Positions 48,824 through 61,447 are shown, numbered from the whole stretch's first letter. The stretch: DNA of 63,962 nt, filler included, from Olpidium bornovanus S191 (GCA_017911155.1; 34 parts of 34 records of this genome joined end to end with filler, not necessarily neighbours in it); one strand, 5' to 3'. Notes: generated by a model from the sequence alone, not told the origin. Program-made: numbers and translations.

Positions 48824-49448
48824 AACATGAGAGTCTTGTATGTTGCCACAAAGTAGGCTAAGTTCCTGGAATGCGCCTTCGTCGCTTTCAACACGAACTT
48901 CATTTTGTCCGCGAAGCTACGTGAGGAAAAGACAGGTGTGAGAGGAAAGCGGCAAAAGGACCGTCAAATCAAAACTTATCCGAAATTCAGAAGCGCTTCC
49001 GCCTCTCAAGAAAAGCAAAGCCAATTCAACGTTGTTTCATCCATCGCAAAGGGGGAGAACCGGAATAAGATTTTCAGACGTCGACGGCCCCAGGGCTTCA
49101 GAGTCAAACTCGTACCTCCCCTTCCTAAAAAGGAATGTCATCACCAGTGCGTGTGGAAATCTGATCTTCGCGCCGTACACGGCGCCGTTTCGGAACCCCT
49201 AACGAAGCAGGGCGTGCGTCAGGAAATTACGAGGTTCCCCCCTGCCCCCCCCCCCTTTTTTTCCGCTAGTAGTGGTCTCCCGATCTATGCAAGAGATCAC
49301 AACGTCCCGCCGTTTGGGCTTTCTTTTGAGGACGCCCCGCGCGATCGGGCACGAGCGGCACCTTGATTATCGCCAACCAGTCGTGCTTTGCGGGGTCGTT
49401 GACGACGCGCGTCAGCGAAGCGACGAGCGGCAGCGAGTTGGTGTCCAT
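48824..49448 (-). CDS. PXMP4: Peroxisomal membrane protein 4 (PXMP4/PMP24, Tim17 family), 5' part
   Basis: MDTNSL...HDWLAIIK|GFRNGAVYGAKIRFPHALVMTFLFRKGS|FADKMKFVLKATKAHSRNLAYFVATYK. Confidence 0.93.
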
Positions 49449-51058
49449 GGTGCCACTTCCCTGGTTCCCTTGGCACAGCAGTGCCGAACTCTCCCCGTCC
49501 GCCGGCTTTCGCGGCGGCAGCTGGTAGGGGAGGGAAAACGAAACGAGGGCAGTTGGTGGGGCGAGAGACTCGGGTCGTCCCTCGTCGGACCTCCTCCCGC
49601 ACACACACGCGCGCGCGCCGCGCGCGCGAGGCGCTGGGCGGTGGTGGTGTTAGCTTGCGTTGTCCGCCGCTGCCGCTGCCGGTCAAAACTGGTTAAAGAA
49701 AAGAAGATATTGGCCTTACAACGGTACCTTGCACGAGCCTCGCTCCTTCAAAGCTCCTCAGCGGGCGCCTGCGTCCCGCCTCTCCTCTTAAAAAGGTTCA
49801 GAAATGGGCCCATAATGCGGCCATGGAGTGCAAAAAGCACGCCCGGGATCACGTGACCTGCAGGCCACACGCCCGCCCTTTCCCGTCGGGCCAGGAACGC
49901 CCTAAAAAAACGTATCGTTCTCGGCACCAAGGCCGCGCACGGACCCTACGGAAAAACTCTTACCACAAACTCAGCTGCGAAACCGATTATCCGAATCGGC
50001 CTTCCAAATCCGCCTTCCCAATTTACGTTGAGCATGCCGTCCAAATCTTGCTGATTTTCGAATTTGCGTTCAAAACTTTATTAAGAGCGAGCGCGCCTGG
50101 TGTGTTTGAAGCTGCGCACGACTACCGGGAAAAATACGGCGCAAAGCATTTGAAATTGTGATCTGGCATGATTTTGAGGATATTTTTGCAATTTCCAACA
50201 TGTGATATTTTTGTTATTTCAGTTTGTTTTTTCCTTGGCATTATTTTAGCATGTAAAGATTGTAAATGGAAAGCCAGGAATTGCGAGAATTTTGTTTTAT
50301 ATATGTGCAGGGCGTGGACAGCGCCAGGATGTGCAGGCAACTCGTAACTGCATACATAAGAACGCACATTTTCCTCGTGCTTGCGCCACGCACATGAGGG
50401 TGTGCATGTGCGCAAGTATGTGTGTGCATGTGGAATGCAGTGTGGGAGTCACCCCGTGCATGTGTGTCCCATGCGGATAGCCCCGTGCGAGCGGATCCCG
50501 TGCGAGTCAACAATCACGTGAGAGGAAGCCCCACTACTGTGCGCAGACACACCGTGCGTAGACATGACTGGGACTCGATTCTCAAGCTGCGCCTGTGACA
50601 GATTGTGCATGACATACGATTACTCGAACAACAAAGAAAAGTCTCCTGCGTGCCCATAATTGCCCATTTTTGGGTTTTCCACAAAGTAGTTCGAAGGTGA
50701 TATTGTGCACAAGGCAACACAAGGTAANNNNNNNNNNNNNNNNNNNNNNNNNNNNNNNNNNNNNNNNNNNNTTAATTAATTAANNNNNNNNNNNNNNNNN
50801 NNNNNNNNNNNNNNNNNNNNNNNNNNNCATGATGTTGCACGAATCGTGCTTGAAAACCGTACCGAGTCTAAAAAAACTGCTCTAAATCCAAAAAGTTCCC
50901 CGGCCTAATGCCCCTGCATTTGGCAAGCGGACGACCGTAGACCTTGATGTAGACATCCGGAAGCCCCTCGATGGTGATTCGTGGACACGGCACCACCCTG
51001 GATTTGACTCGGGTTTCCTCAGAAACCGGTCCTGAAAAAAAATATTCCGATCCGGACG

Positions 51059-51969
51059 TCAGCATTCGATGCCGTTCTCCAAGATCTCGGTTATCCGCTG
51101 CTGCTCATTCTCGCCGAGTTGAGGAATCGGAGGCGGCCGCTGCCGCTTGACCGATGGCGCGCAGAATTCCATCAGCCTTATCGCTTCGATGGAGTTTGGC
51201 TGTCCGTCCACTAGTATTTGTAGTTCTCGCTCCTGCGTCGAATAAGCCATTGTAAAGGATGCATCCCGGGTGGTGGATCTGCGTCCGTTGATTCTGTTTA
51301 CAGGGCCCAGGGGCTTACCTTCCTTTGCATCCTCCTCCTCTCCTTTTCAACCAGTCTCTGTCTGGCGGCGTCCGGTCCCTGCCAATTGGCAACCTGGGCA
51401 GCCCCTTCGTAGAATCGGACTTTGGGAGGAATGGGCGGCCAACCGTCCGGGTGCTCAGCGCGCCACTGTTGCTGGAGCGCGCGAGTCGTGGCGCGGACGC
51501 GTCGCGCCGCTTCCTCCGTGAAACTCTTGACCGCCGGATCGGGCTTCTCGTAGACCAGATACTTCGCCCGCTCGCTGGGAGACATGCTCCACCACCGCTG
51601 CTTGGGCACCCGCGCTCGGTTGTAAGTCATTGCATTAGCGTACAACTCAGCCAGCCGGGCGCTCCGCGTCGCTCCCGGTTCTGCTCCTCCCCCAGCCGCA
51701 TCCCTCGCGGCAGCGGCAGGTTGCTTCGGCGCCGACTGCGGCGCGGAGAGCGGCGTGCTGCATTCTGCCGCGGCGGCGGCAGCCGTTCCGCCGCTCGTTT
51801 CGTCCGATACCTGCGCCGGCCGCCGGTCGAGCTTCCCGATCGCCGGCAACTTGGAGGTGGCGGCAAGGCTCGCGCTGCTCCCCGTTGGCTGCCGCTGCTG
51901 CTGCTGCGTTTGCCGCACGCCCGCCGCTTTCTTCCCGTTGATCGGCGGCAGGCTGGTCTCGTTGGCCAT
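51059..51969 (-). CDS. Divergent LKAAEAR1-like protein (tentative)
   Basis: MSPSERAKYLVYEKP...|ERELQILVDGQPNSIEAIRL...EQQRITEILE resembles the conserved blocks of the LKAAEAR family as recalled, but the namesake motif is not present verbatim. Proposed intron about 51319-51235. Confidence 0.5.
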
Positions 51970-52717
51970 CTGGCCTGCCGGGACCAGGGCTTTGCCGGCG
52001 GGGGAAGGGCGCTGATCAGTTGCGAATCGAAGGTTTCGCCAGCATTACCAGTCCGCGGGGGGACTTCTTCTTCAAAACTGGGGTTTCCCCGGGGTCCGCC
52101 TTTCGGCGCATGCGGGCCGCGGGAGGGGCCCTTTCCGTCCCTTTGGGCCGTGTGGGGCGAACAGTGTTCCTGTGCCCGACGTAGCGGGACGCTGGCGGCG
52201 TCTCCGCCAACGAGCCTGGGGATCATCTTGCGCGGAGGGCGAACGCCGCCCCCCGCTCAGCGATGGCAGCAGCACAACATCACCTTCGCGACAGAAACGG
52301 ACCACTTCCGCCGCATCATGCGCTCGGTGAACGACATTCATTTTGTCGCAGAGTTTGCAGGAGCTGGCATTCTGAACGGGCCCGGCGCTCAAAGCCCTTG
52401 CCGACTGCGACTCGGCCGCTTTGACTTTGCGGTAAAAGGCACGTCACGGCCGCGGGGAAATTGCTAAACGCGGGTGGGGCGATGGGAGGGGGGAGAGGAA
52501 GAGCGGGGAACCAAATTTTTGTGGGATTGCTTGGTAAGGGCGCCGTTCCCACTTGGACGATTTCCTTTGGGCCACATCTGGTTTCACTCCTAATTATTAT
52601 GATCTTGGCGCCATGCNNNNNNNNNNNNNNNNNNNNNNNNNNNNNNNNNNNNNNNNNNNNTTAATTAATTAANNNNNNNNNNNNNNNNNNNNNNNNNNNN
52701 NNNNNNNNNNNNNNNNC

Positions 52718-55046
52718 ATGACAAACTCGCCGATGTACATTAGGCTGGCACCTCCGTTCCGGGATTTATGGATGGAGTGGAAGAACCAGAAGGTATCGGC
52801 GCGCCTCGAAACCCCCAATCGTGAGTTGTCAAATGGCTGACGAATCCCGTCACTGCGCTAGATGGAAAGCACGAGGAGGGCCACGCTCGAAGAGGACGTT
52901 GCTCGTTACAGGTTTCTGAAGACTCTGCTTCCAGAGGGCGCGGATCTTGCCGCCCCCGAGGTATCCATTTGAGCCTTTTGTTGCGGACGGGCAACCGAAC
53001 ACCACCTGTGGGTGTCTGCTAGTCAACAGCCGAGCACTAATGCGGAAACTTTCAGGTGGAGGAAACAGAAGTCAAAGAAGTGCAGGCCGAACCGACAATT
53101 CGCGCGCGTCCGCCGCGGGTCATTGACATGGACCGGCCGAGCGAGAAGGGCGAAATCAGGCGGCGCAAATTCACGAGCAGGGCCAACGACGAAGAGTACC
53201 AGAGGCTTGCGGTATGGTTTTCGCCGTCGCACGTGCGATACTCTGACGTCATCACATCATGAATGGTTCCCGCGTGCTTTTTCCCCCTTTTTAATTCACT
53301 CGCTTTTGCAGGCCCAGCGGTCGAGCCTTCCGGCGTCGAAATTCAAGCAGCAGATTATTGACCGAGTCCGAGCTGACCGGGGCCTGATTGTCAGCGGTGA
53401 TACCGGGTGGTACGTTTTCCCGTCGCTTGCGCGCATGTAGGGTCCCCCGGGTGATTTCTGATTATTTGCGTGCACGGCTTTTTTTTTAGCGGCAAGTCCA
53501 CCCAAATACCTCAGTTCATTTGCGAGGATGCGCTCGTCCGCGGCGTGGGAGACCGGTGCAGCGTCGTCTGCACGCAGGTGAGTCCGGAATCTCTTTTCCC
53601 CTGCGTGGTCTCGCGGGACGCGAAGCGACTCTCACCGTGCAAAACGGCAGCCCAGGCGGATATCCGCAATGTCCATAGCACGGCGCGTATCTGCGGAGAT
53701 GGGTGATCCGAAAAGCGGCCCCGGCACCCCGGGAGCGTTGGTCGGTTACCAGATACGGCTGGAAACGAAGATTTCCAAGTCAACGATCTTGACCTTTTGC
53801 ACGACTGTGAGGCGCGGCCTGTCGTGGTTTTACATTCCGGTGTGCAGGCGGCGGTGGGGATTTGACGCCGTCACGGAAACAGGGCATATTGATTCGCCGC
53901 ATCGAAACCGATCCGTACCTCGAGGGCGTGACGCACGTCGTGGTGGACGAGGTCCACGAAAGGAGCATGGAGACGGATCTGCTGCTGATACTCTTGCGGC
54001 AGGTTCGGAGCCGGAGCCCCGACATTGCGTAGGCGTTCCTCAGCCCTGTTTGCGCATCGTGGCTCTCGGCGGCATCTCGCGCAGGCGCCAAATTTGACGC
54101 CTCGCTCTGCTCAGCCTCGTTCTCATGAGTGCCACCATGAACGCGCAGCGGATCGCGCGTTATTTCGGGGCGCCGATAGTCGAGATCCCCGGCCGCACAT
54201 TTCCGGTTGCGACGGCGTTTCTCGAGCAGGTCGTGGAGATGACAGGTTCGGCGGGCGGAAAGCGCAATTTTTTCGGCTGTGCGTATTTACGCGTAGCTCA
54301 CGTTTTCTGCGACTGCAACCGCAGGATTCCTTCTTGAGGAGGACTCTCAGTACTCAAAGCGGATGGCGCAATGTAAGCCGCGATACCCGGTCCCACGCCT
54401 TACTAAATCACGGCAAGCGCGGCTAACGGACTTGCAGCGAGCGGCCGAGTCGAGGTTTCGAACCGCGGAGGCTCGCGGGCGGTCAATCTGGAATGGGACA
54501 GTCGGGACGTCTACGGCGAAGACAGCGTCGTCGGCAGCTCCACCACCGCGGCGCTGGAAGACCTTGCGGGCCTCTCCGATCGGGCGAAGCGAACTCTCGA
54601 CCGCGTGGACGAGGAGCGAGTGAACTACGACCTGATCCTGTCGCTTCTGGGACTCATCGTTGACGGCAAAAACCTGCCGCCGGCAGTTCCTACGGACGGC
54701 GCGGTTCTGGTGTTCCTCCCGGGGATGCAGGACATCCGCATCCTTTTTGACATTGTCGCGGGGACCCGTTCGCTGGAGGAGCGGTGCGTGGTGTTCCCGC
54801 TGCACTCCTCGCTGGCTTCGGCCAGCCACGCGGCCGTGTTCGACCCTCCGCCGGCGGGGAAAAGGAAGATCGTCCTGGCCACCAACATCGCCGAGCCCGG
54901 CGTCACCATCCCCGACGTGACCGTCGTCATCGACACGGCCAAGGCCCGGCAGATCCGCCACGACGACCGGAGGAAGATCACCAGCCTCCAGGACGTTTTC
55001 GTCTCGCGCGCGTCTTGCACCCAACGCCGCGGGCGGGCCGGGCGAG
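52718..55046 (+). CDS. DEAH-box RNA helicase of the DHX29/DHX57/DHX36 group, partial
   Basis: YIRLAPPFRDLWMEW; GDTG|CGKSTQIPQF, TQ|PRRISA, VGYQIRLE, DEVHER, MSAT, VFLPG, PLHS, TNIAEPGVTIPD, QRRGRAGR. Confidence 0.93.
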
Positions 55047-56550
55047 NNNNNNNNNNNNNNNNNNNNNNNNNNNNNNNNNNNNNNNNNNNNTTAATTAATT
55101 AANNNNNNNNNNNNNNNNNNNNNNNNNNNNNNNNNNNNNNNNNNNNCGCCCCCCCCCCCCCCCCCCCCCGGCGGGGGGGGGGGGGGGGGGGGGGAGAAAA
55201 ACTAGGCGCGCGCGTGTTAGACCACGCCCGCGTTGCTCGCGTGCGCGTCAGACTCCCCTCGATCCGCGTTTTCAAGACCGGGTGGGGGGAAAAGGGAGGG
55301 TTTTGGAGTGAAAGCAGCCTTTGCCGGCCTTGGCCCGCGCGAAGGCGTTCCTCTCCAAGTACGGAAGAAGGGGAAACCTTTCTTTCCTCCGTTCCTAGGC
55401 GCCGACCGGACGCCGTTCCCGGCCAAAAGTAAAAGTTTCGCCCCCGATTGATGAAAGAAAGAGAGAGAAAAAAAAAATAAACCGCGAAAAGGACGCGGCC
55501 GGCTTGAGAAAAAAGAACCGCAAAAAGCGATTTTGTGCAAAAAGCCTGACAAGCGATCGGGGAAGGCGTGGTGGTGGAGGAGGAGGAAGAGGAGGAAGGG
55601 GGGGCGGGGGGGCGTGTGAGAGGAATTCGAATCGTTCTTCGTTCCTTTTCTTCATTTTTTTTTTCTGTTGATTTGCTTTTAGGAACTTCCTCGCGCTACG
55701 GGAAAAAAAAAACAATAAAAAAAGAAAAAGAAAAACGAGGATGTTTTTCCCCGACCGAGAGGAGTAGGTGGGGGGGGGGTGGGGGGTGGGGCGGGAAGGG
55801 GTACGGGAAAAAAGGAGGAAGGGTTTCTACGATGAAAGCGCCTCCAGACCGGAATACGGCGGGGCGGGTGGTGAGGTTGGGAAAGAAGGGAAGGGGGAGG
55901 GGGGGGGGGAATGTTTACAGGAACGCCGCGCTGAGAAAGGTTACGACGGAGGGTGGTGGTGGGAAAAAGAAGAAAAAAACGGAAAACGAAGGGAGAAAAA
56001 GCAGAAAGTAGAGAAAAAACAACAGGAAGCAAAGGAGAAAAAAGAAAACCAAAAAACAAGAGAAAAAAAAATAAGCAAGAAAAAGATACTGTTTTAACCG
56101 ACGATGTGCGAGTGTGGGTATGTGTGCATGTGTGTTTGTGTGTGTTTGTGTGTGCGCGCGCGTGTTCGGGAGAGGTGGGAGAGGGGGGAAGGGAGTGAGG
56201 TGAGTGCGCTTCAAGGTATACGAGTGTAGACTCTGGTGAAGGGAGAAAGCGGAGGGGGAGGGGGGGGGGGGGGGGGGGGGAGGGAAGGGGAAAGGAGTGT
56301 TTAATTTTATGAAACAGGAAAGGAGGGCAGGGGGAGCGGATTTCGCGTGCGGCAAGAAAAATAGAATGTCTCAATCGCTTTCGAGAGGTTTCTAGTGCGA
56401 ATCGGGTGTTTTGCGGATGGAGGGCTCTCTTATGCTGGCCGGGGGGCACCGCCAAAGCGAAGCACCGCCCTCCTCCCTCCTCCGTCCTCCGTCCTCCATC
56501 CTCCCTCCTCCCTCCTCCCTCCTCCCTCCGTCCCTCTTCCCCCCACCCCC

Positions 56551-58050
56551 TCAGCACGCGCGCCCGCGCGACGCTGCTGCCCGCGATTTCGTCGCGGAAT
56601 TGGCCGCCGTGTCGGTCACGGGCGGGGCATGGGCACTGTTACGGTGGTGGAGGTGGAGGAGAGGGAGGGGGTGGTGGTGATGGCGGTATTGGTGGTGGTG
56701 GTTGCGGGGTCTGGACAGCCGCCGCGCGCCGGCGCGCTGCTGCTCCCGGACGCCGCCAGGAAGGAGTTCGTTGAGGCGGACGGCGACACACTCGAAGGGC
56801 TCGTGCGTCTCCGGCCGCGGGAACGAGTAGTAGCACCGGGTCGCCTCCTCACGGCTCGGCGGGGACTGCTGCTGCTGCGGGTCCGCGTCGTCGAGAACCA
56901 GCGTCGCGGAAGACAGGGACGACGACCAGGCGGAGGGGTAGGATTCCCAGCCCTCGACCGAACGAGGGACGCAGTGCCTCGCGTCCGCAGGCGTCGGCGG
57001 CGGCGGCCCGGACGCGACGTAGTCGTACTCGTGCTCGTCGTCGTTCTCGCTGCCGCCGCCGTCGTCGTGCTCGTCGTCCTCGTCGTGGCAGTCGTGAGCC
57101 GGCTCGCAGCCCCGGCGCCCGCGGCGGCCCGAGCGGGACGGGGCCGGGGACGACGGGTACAGGCGGGACAACGACCGCAGGATCTCCGCCGCGCCCACGA
57201 ACGTGGGCATCGCCACCGCCGTGGCGACCGCCGACGAGGGCGACACGGGACCGACGCCGATCGAGCCGCCGGTCTCAGGCGAGCACCTAAACCCGGCCCT
57301 CGGGGACTCGCGCGCGTCGTCGGCCGCCCGTCGGCATTTGGCTCTCTTGGTCCCTCCCCCGCGGCAGTCCCGCCGGCCGCAGCACGGCGGCCCCCCGCCG
57401 CCAGGGGTCCGGCAGCCGGCCTCGGCGGCGTCGCCGGCGTCACCGACGGGGGCGGGCGGCGGCGGCTGCGGACCGCAGGCGGCCGGCGCCGACAGGCACG
57501 GCCTCGGCCGGAGCGGAACCGCGGCGGCGGCCCACGTCAGCCTCTCGACGGTCTTGACGAAGCGCGGGATGAACGGGAGCAGGGCGGCGGGCTCCTCGGA
57601 CGCGGCGGAGCACGACGGGAGGGGCGGGTACTGGAAGAAACAGCCGCGGACGGGGCGCTCGCCGCCCGAACCCGCCGGCGGCTCGGCCTCGCAGCGGCAG
57701 GCAGGGAGCGCGCCGCCGCCGGCCGGCGGTCCGTCGGCGAAGGGCCTTTTGGAGTAGGGGAGCACGGTCGCCTCGCGCGGCTCGTGCTCTGCGAGGGAGG
57801 TGGAGGTCAGGCGCATGGCGGCCGTCGTCGCCCAGGCGCCTGGTCCCCCTTCGTTCACCCGCCCACGGCTCCCAGCTCCGAGCGGCTCGCGGCGGACGGG
57901 TCTCGTTGGCGGCGATTTCGACGGGCTCCGGGTTGGGCAGCGGCAGTGGCGGGACGTCGTGGCGGGGGGGGGGACGGGGAAGGGCTTGCAGCCAGTCGGG
58001 GTGCGGGGCGAAGGGGTCGAGAAGAGCGGCCTGCCCCTCTGCTGCTGCAC
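56551..58050 (-). CDS. Low-complexity hypothetical protein
   Basis: 499-aa ORF with an acidic tract (DEDDEHDD...), a His-rich tract and a few hydrophobic blocks. No family recognised, and the overlapping + strand ORF is equally long. Confidence 0.4.
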   Translation of the reverse strand: MQQQRGRPLFSTPSPRTPTGCKPFPVPPPATTSRHCRCPTRSPSKSPPTRPVRREPLGAGSRGRVNEGGPGAWATTAAMRLTSTSLAEHEPREATVLPYSKRPFADGPPAGGGALPACRCEAEPPAGSGGERPVRGCFFQYPPLPSCSAASEEPAALLPFIPRFVKTVERLTWAAAAVPLRPRPCLSAPAACGPQPPPPAPVGDAGDAAEAGCRTPGGGGPPCCGRRDCRGGGTKRAKCRRAADDARESPRAGFRCSPETGGSIGVGPVSPSSAVATAVAMPTFVGAAEILRSLSRLYPSSPAPSRSGRRGRRGCEPAHDCHDEDDEHDDGGGSENDDEHEYDYVASGPPPPTPADARHCVPRSVEGWESYPSAWSSSLSSATLVLDDADPQQQQSPPSREEATRCYYSFPRPETHEPFECVAVRLNELLPGGVREQQRAGARRLSRPRNHHHQYRHHHHPLPLLHLHHRNSAHAPPVTDTAANSATKSRAAASRGRAC

Positions 58051-58144
58051 GTCCGTGCCCGGGCGGGCGGGCAGGGCGGCCGAGGCGGGATGCGGAAGGA
58101 AGGAAGAGGCCGGCTGGAACGTGGAAAGAGAAAGGAAGGGAAAG

Positions 58145-58183
<39 letters not shown>

Positions 58184-58197
58184 CGGGCGGGGGGGGG

Positions 58198-58263
<66 letters not shown>

Positions 58264-58485
58264 AAAAAAAAAAAAAAAAAAAAAAATAAAAAAAAAATAA
58301 AAAAAAAAATAAAAAAATAAAAAAACTAAAAAAAATAAAAAAATAAAAAAAGTGGGTGAGGGAGGGAGAAGGGTGTCGCGGTAANNNNNNNNNNNNNNNN
58401 NNNNNNNNNNNNNNNNNNNNNNNNNNNNTTAATTAATTAANNNNNNNNNNNNNNNNNNNNNNNNNNNNNNNNNNNNNNNNNNNNC

Positions 58486-59593
58486 ATGTCTTCCGTAAAC
58501 ACGTCCGCCTCGACAGCGGCTACCTCCGCGGTTCTGTCGCAGGAGCCCTCCTTGCGGTCGTCTTCATCGCCGACGGCCGCGGCGGCTCAAGAACCAACTT
58601 GCTCAAGCGACCTACCGCCAAACTGGGGAAGGAAAGTCACGGCCGATGGCAAGGCTTATTATTACAACTGCTTGACGGACCGGACAGTCTGGACTCTTAT
58701 CGGCGTCAACCCAAAGACTGGCGAAATGGTGGTAAGGACCGTTTCCAGAAAACGACATCACCAGCGCGGGTGCTGATTGGAAGATCTGCTGCTGTTCGTA
58801 CTTGCTATTAATATCTCCCCAACGGCTTATCGTCTGCCAGTCCGACGTTGGGAGCGCAAAAGAGGAGGCCGCGTCGGGCGTTCCCAGCGAGAAACCAACG
58901 CATTTAAGGAAACTGGACGGTCTGGCAGGGTCGGCTGCTGACGCGAGCGCCAATGTTACCTGGGGAAAGCTGATGGCGACCGTAATCATGTACATCCACG
59001 AGCTGATTGACTCGGCGAAACGGCATGCGAAGGCCAACTACATTTCCCAGTCCGCTTGCGTCGTAGAAGCAATAAGGGTAATGCTGTATGCGTCGGGTAC
59101 CGCGGAGAAGGAGTCCCCCCTGGTGCGAGCCCACAAGATCCTAAAGGTACACCACCGCAATATTATGGCCGTTCTGTCGAAATTGGTGCTCAGCGCCAAG
59201 CTGGCAGCGGGGGTGTGGCCTCCACCCGATGCCGATCACAGGCTGCAGCTCGACGCCAACGAGGTGTTGCTAACCGTCAGGCACTTCGTGGCCGCTGCGC
59301 GGGACGCCGGCGTGCGGCCGTCCCCAGAACACCACGTGGCGTCACCCGTCAGTTCTGAGACCGGGAAGGACGACGGAGCGATTCCTCGCCACTCATCAAC
59401 GGCTCAGCCGCAACAGTCAACGCCGCTACCGGCCGCCGTTAATGGTGTCTACGGCGTAGGAGGGTCGGAGGCCATGGATGTTGCGGAGCGGCGCCAGGCG
59501 CCTAACAGTTTGGACGGGAGGAGGCCCGTATCACCGTGGGATCAGGTGTCGCGGCGTAGGCAGCAGCATCAAAGGGAAAATTGCAACCCCTCG
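58486..59593 (+). CDS. Cdc25/Ste6-like RasGEF, N-terminal region with a WW domain
   Basis: WW domain LPPNWGRKVTADGKAYYYNCLTDRTVW; then TWGKL...IRVMLYASG...HHRNIMAVLSKLVLSAKLA.GVWPPPDA...DANEVLLTVRHFV, typical of fungal Cdc25-type GEFs. The GEF domain itself is not in the contig. Confidence 0.75.
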
Positions 59594-59913
59594 NNNNNNN
59601 NNNNNNNNNNNNNNNNNNNNNNNNNNNNNNNNNNNNNTTAATTAATTAANNNNNNNNNNNNNNNNNNNNNNNNNNNNNNNNNNNNNNNNNNNNCGGGGGG
59701 GGGGCCCGGGCGCGCGCGATTCCGGCCGCGGCCCCCCTCAGAAAAACCCAAAGGGGGGGAAACGGGGGGGGGGGGGGGGGGGGACGTGCGGGGGGACAAG
59801 AGGCGGCGACGAGAGTAAGTGAAGCGGCCCGAGGTGGGGGCGGCCCCCACACGGCGCGAACTTCCGCGCGCGCGGTTCAACTGCGGGGGGGGGGGAAACA
59901 AGGATTTTCTCAC

Positions 59914-60054
59914 CTGCTTGCGGTCGACGACCCGCACGGCGCTGACGCCGTGGCGCGCCAGCTCCAAGGCGGCGAAAAGGCCGACGGGCCCTCCGCCGAC
60001 CACGAGGACTTCGAGTCCCCTCTTTCCGGCTTCCCGCGCCCCGGGCTGTTCCAT
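59914..60054 (-). CDS. First exon of an FAD-dependent monooxygenase (FAD_binding_3 type)
   Basis: MEQPGAREAGKRGLEVLVVGGGPVGLFAALELARHGVSAVRVVDRKQ, followed by a GTGAGA donor. Confidence 0.8.
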
Positions 60055-60404
60055 CTTTCTTTCTTTCTGCTTCGAGATGGGCGGTGGGTGGGGAGGGGGC
60101 CGGACGGAAGAGCCCGCGCGCGTGTCGCGTCTGCCCCGTTGTCTGCTGTGGCGTAAAAAGAGAGCGCGCGCGTCTTTGAAGAAAAAAAGAAGAAGAAAAA
60201 AAAAAATAAAGCCGGAGGGCCCGTCTCAGATGCCCGCCCTTCTCCCGTCTCGTTCCGCCGGGGCCTCGGCGTGCCTTTCCGTCCGCCGCCGTCTTCCTTT
60301 TCCGGACGACGGGCGGCGGACGTCGGAACCCTGCCACGACGACGACGGCCGCGGCGGGCGAGACCTGCGCTCTCCCACCCGAGCTAACCTCGAAAACCGC
60401 GCGA

Positions 60405-60485
<81 letters not shown>

Positions 60486-60952
60486 GGAAAAAAAAAAAAA
60501 AAAAAAAAAAAAAGCAAAGTCTAACCTGCGCGCCCCTTGACTAATTGATTGATATGAATTCCGCGCGGGACGAAGTTAGGGGAAGATGGGACGCAGTCAA
60601 ACGGCGGCGAAGTCGTTGAAAATCGCGGCACACGAAACCCTGAAACCAGAGAGCATTTCAATATAGCAAACCCAGACAAACAAGGTTGTTGAAGTGAGGG
60701 GTGACAATATGTGCGTCATACGGCTTACATTACAGTACAGTGTGGTGTACAGTTCTGTGTATGTGGTTCAAAAAATCAAAATGGCCAAGGGGTGCGCAGG
60801 TTAGTTATCCTGCGCACGGGTGCGCCGGATAGCAAACCAAAAAAAAAAAAAANNNNNNNNNNNNNNNNNNNNNNNNNNNNNNNNNNNNNNNNNNNNTTAA
60901 TTAATTAANNNNNNNNNNNNNNNNNNNNNNNNNNNNNNNNNNNNNNNNNNNN

Positions 60953-61367
60953 CTTACCAGTACGCCAAGGAGGCAAGCTCCGCCTGAAAACCAAGCGGGA
61001 TGGAGTCACCGCCTGGGAGGATGCTGCCGATATGACGGAAACCGAGCTGGTCAACGAATACTGCAGCCGCATGATACTGGGCATCGACGAAGAGGGCGTA
61101 CAGCCGGCGGCGCACAAACAGCAGCGGTGGCACGCGAACGAAGACGAAACTCAACCGCTGCGACCGCCGCCGTGCGACACGGCGGTCGTAGGGTTCAGCC
61201 GGTTGCATCTGCGGTCGTACGTCGGCCTGGCTCTTCCCTGGCGGCGGTGCGCCTTCGACGCGGACTGCTACGTTCCCGGGCGCGGCGACGCGCAAGAGAA
61301 GGCCGTCTTCTCGGTGCTCGCCCGCAGCTTCGGCTTCAAGTGCGGCGAGAACGGGCTTCCGGCGTGA
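60953..61367 (+). CDS. 3' end of an unidentified gene
   Basis: Open frame ...ELVNEYCSRMILGIDEEG...LRSYVGLALPWRRCAFDADCYVPG...FGFKCGENGLPA* with GC3-rich coding-like codons. Confidence 0.55.
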
Positions 61368-61447
61368 AAGGCGGGCGCCCGTCGTTCTGCTCGGCCGCGT
61401 TTCCCCCTCGCTCGGTGGTCACCAATCCAACGTCCGGAGACGTCACG

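Noticed and set aside
50280-50480. TG/CA-rich stretch as a coding exon (His/Cys-rich ORFs)
   Set aside because: Degenerate (GT)n/GCAT microsatellite-like sequence with no family motif.
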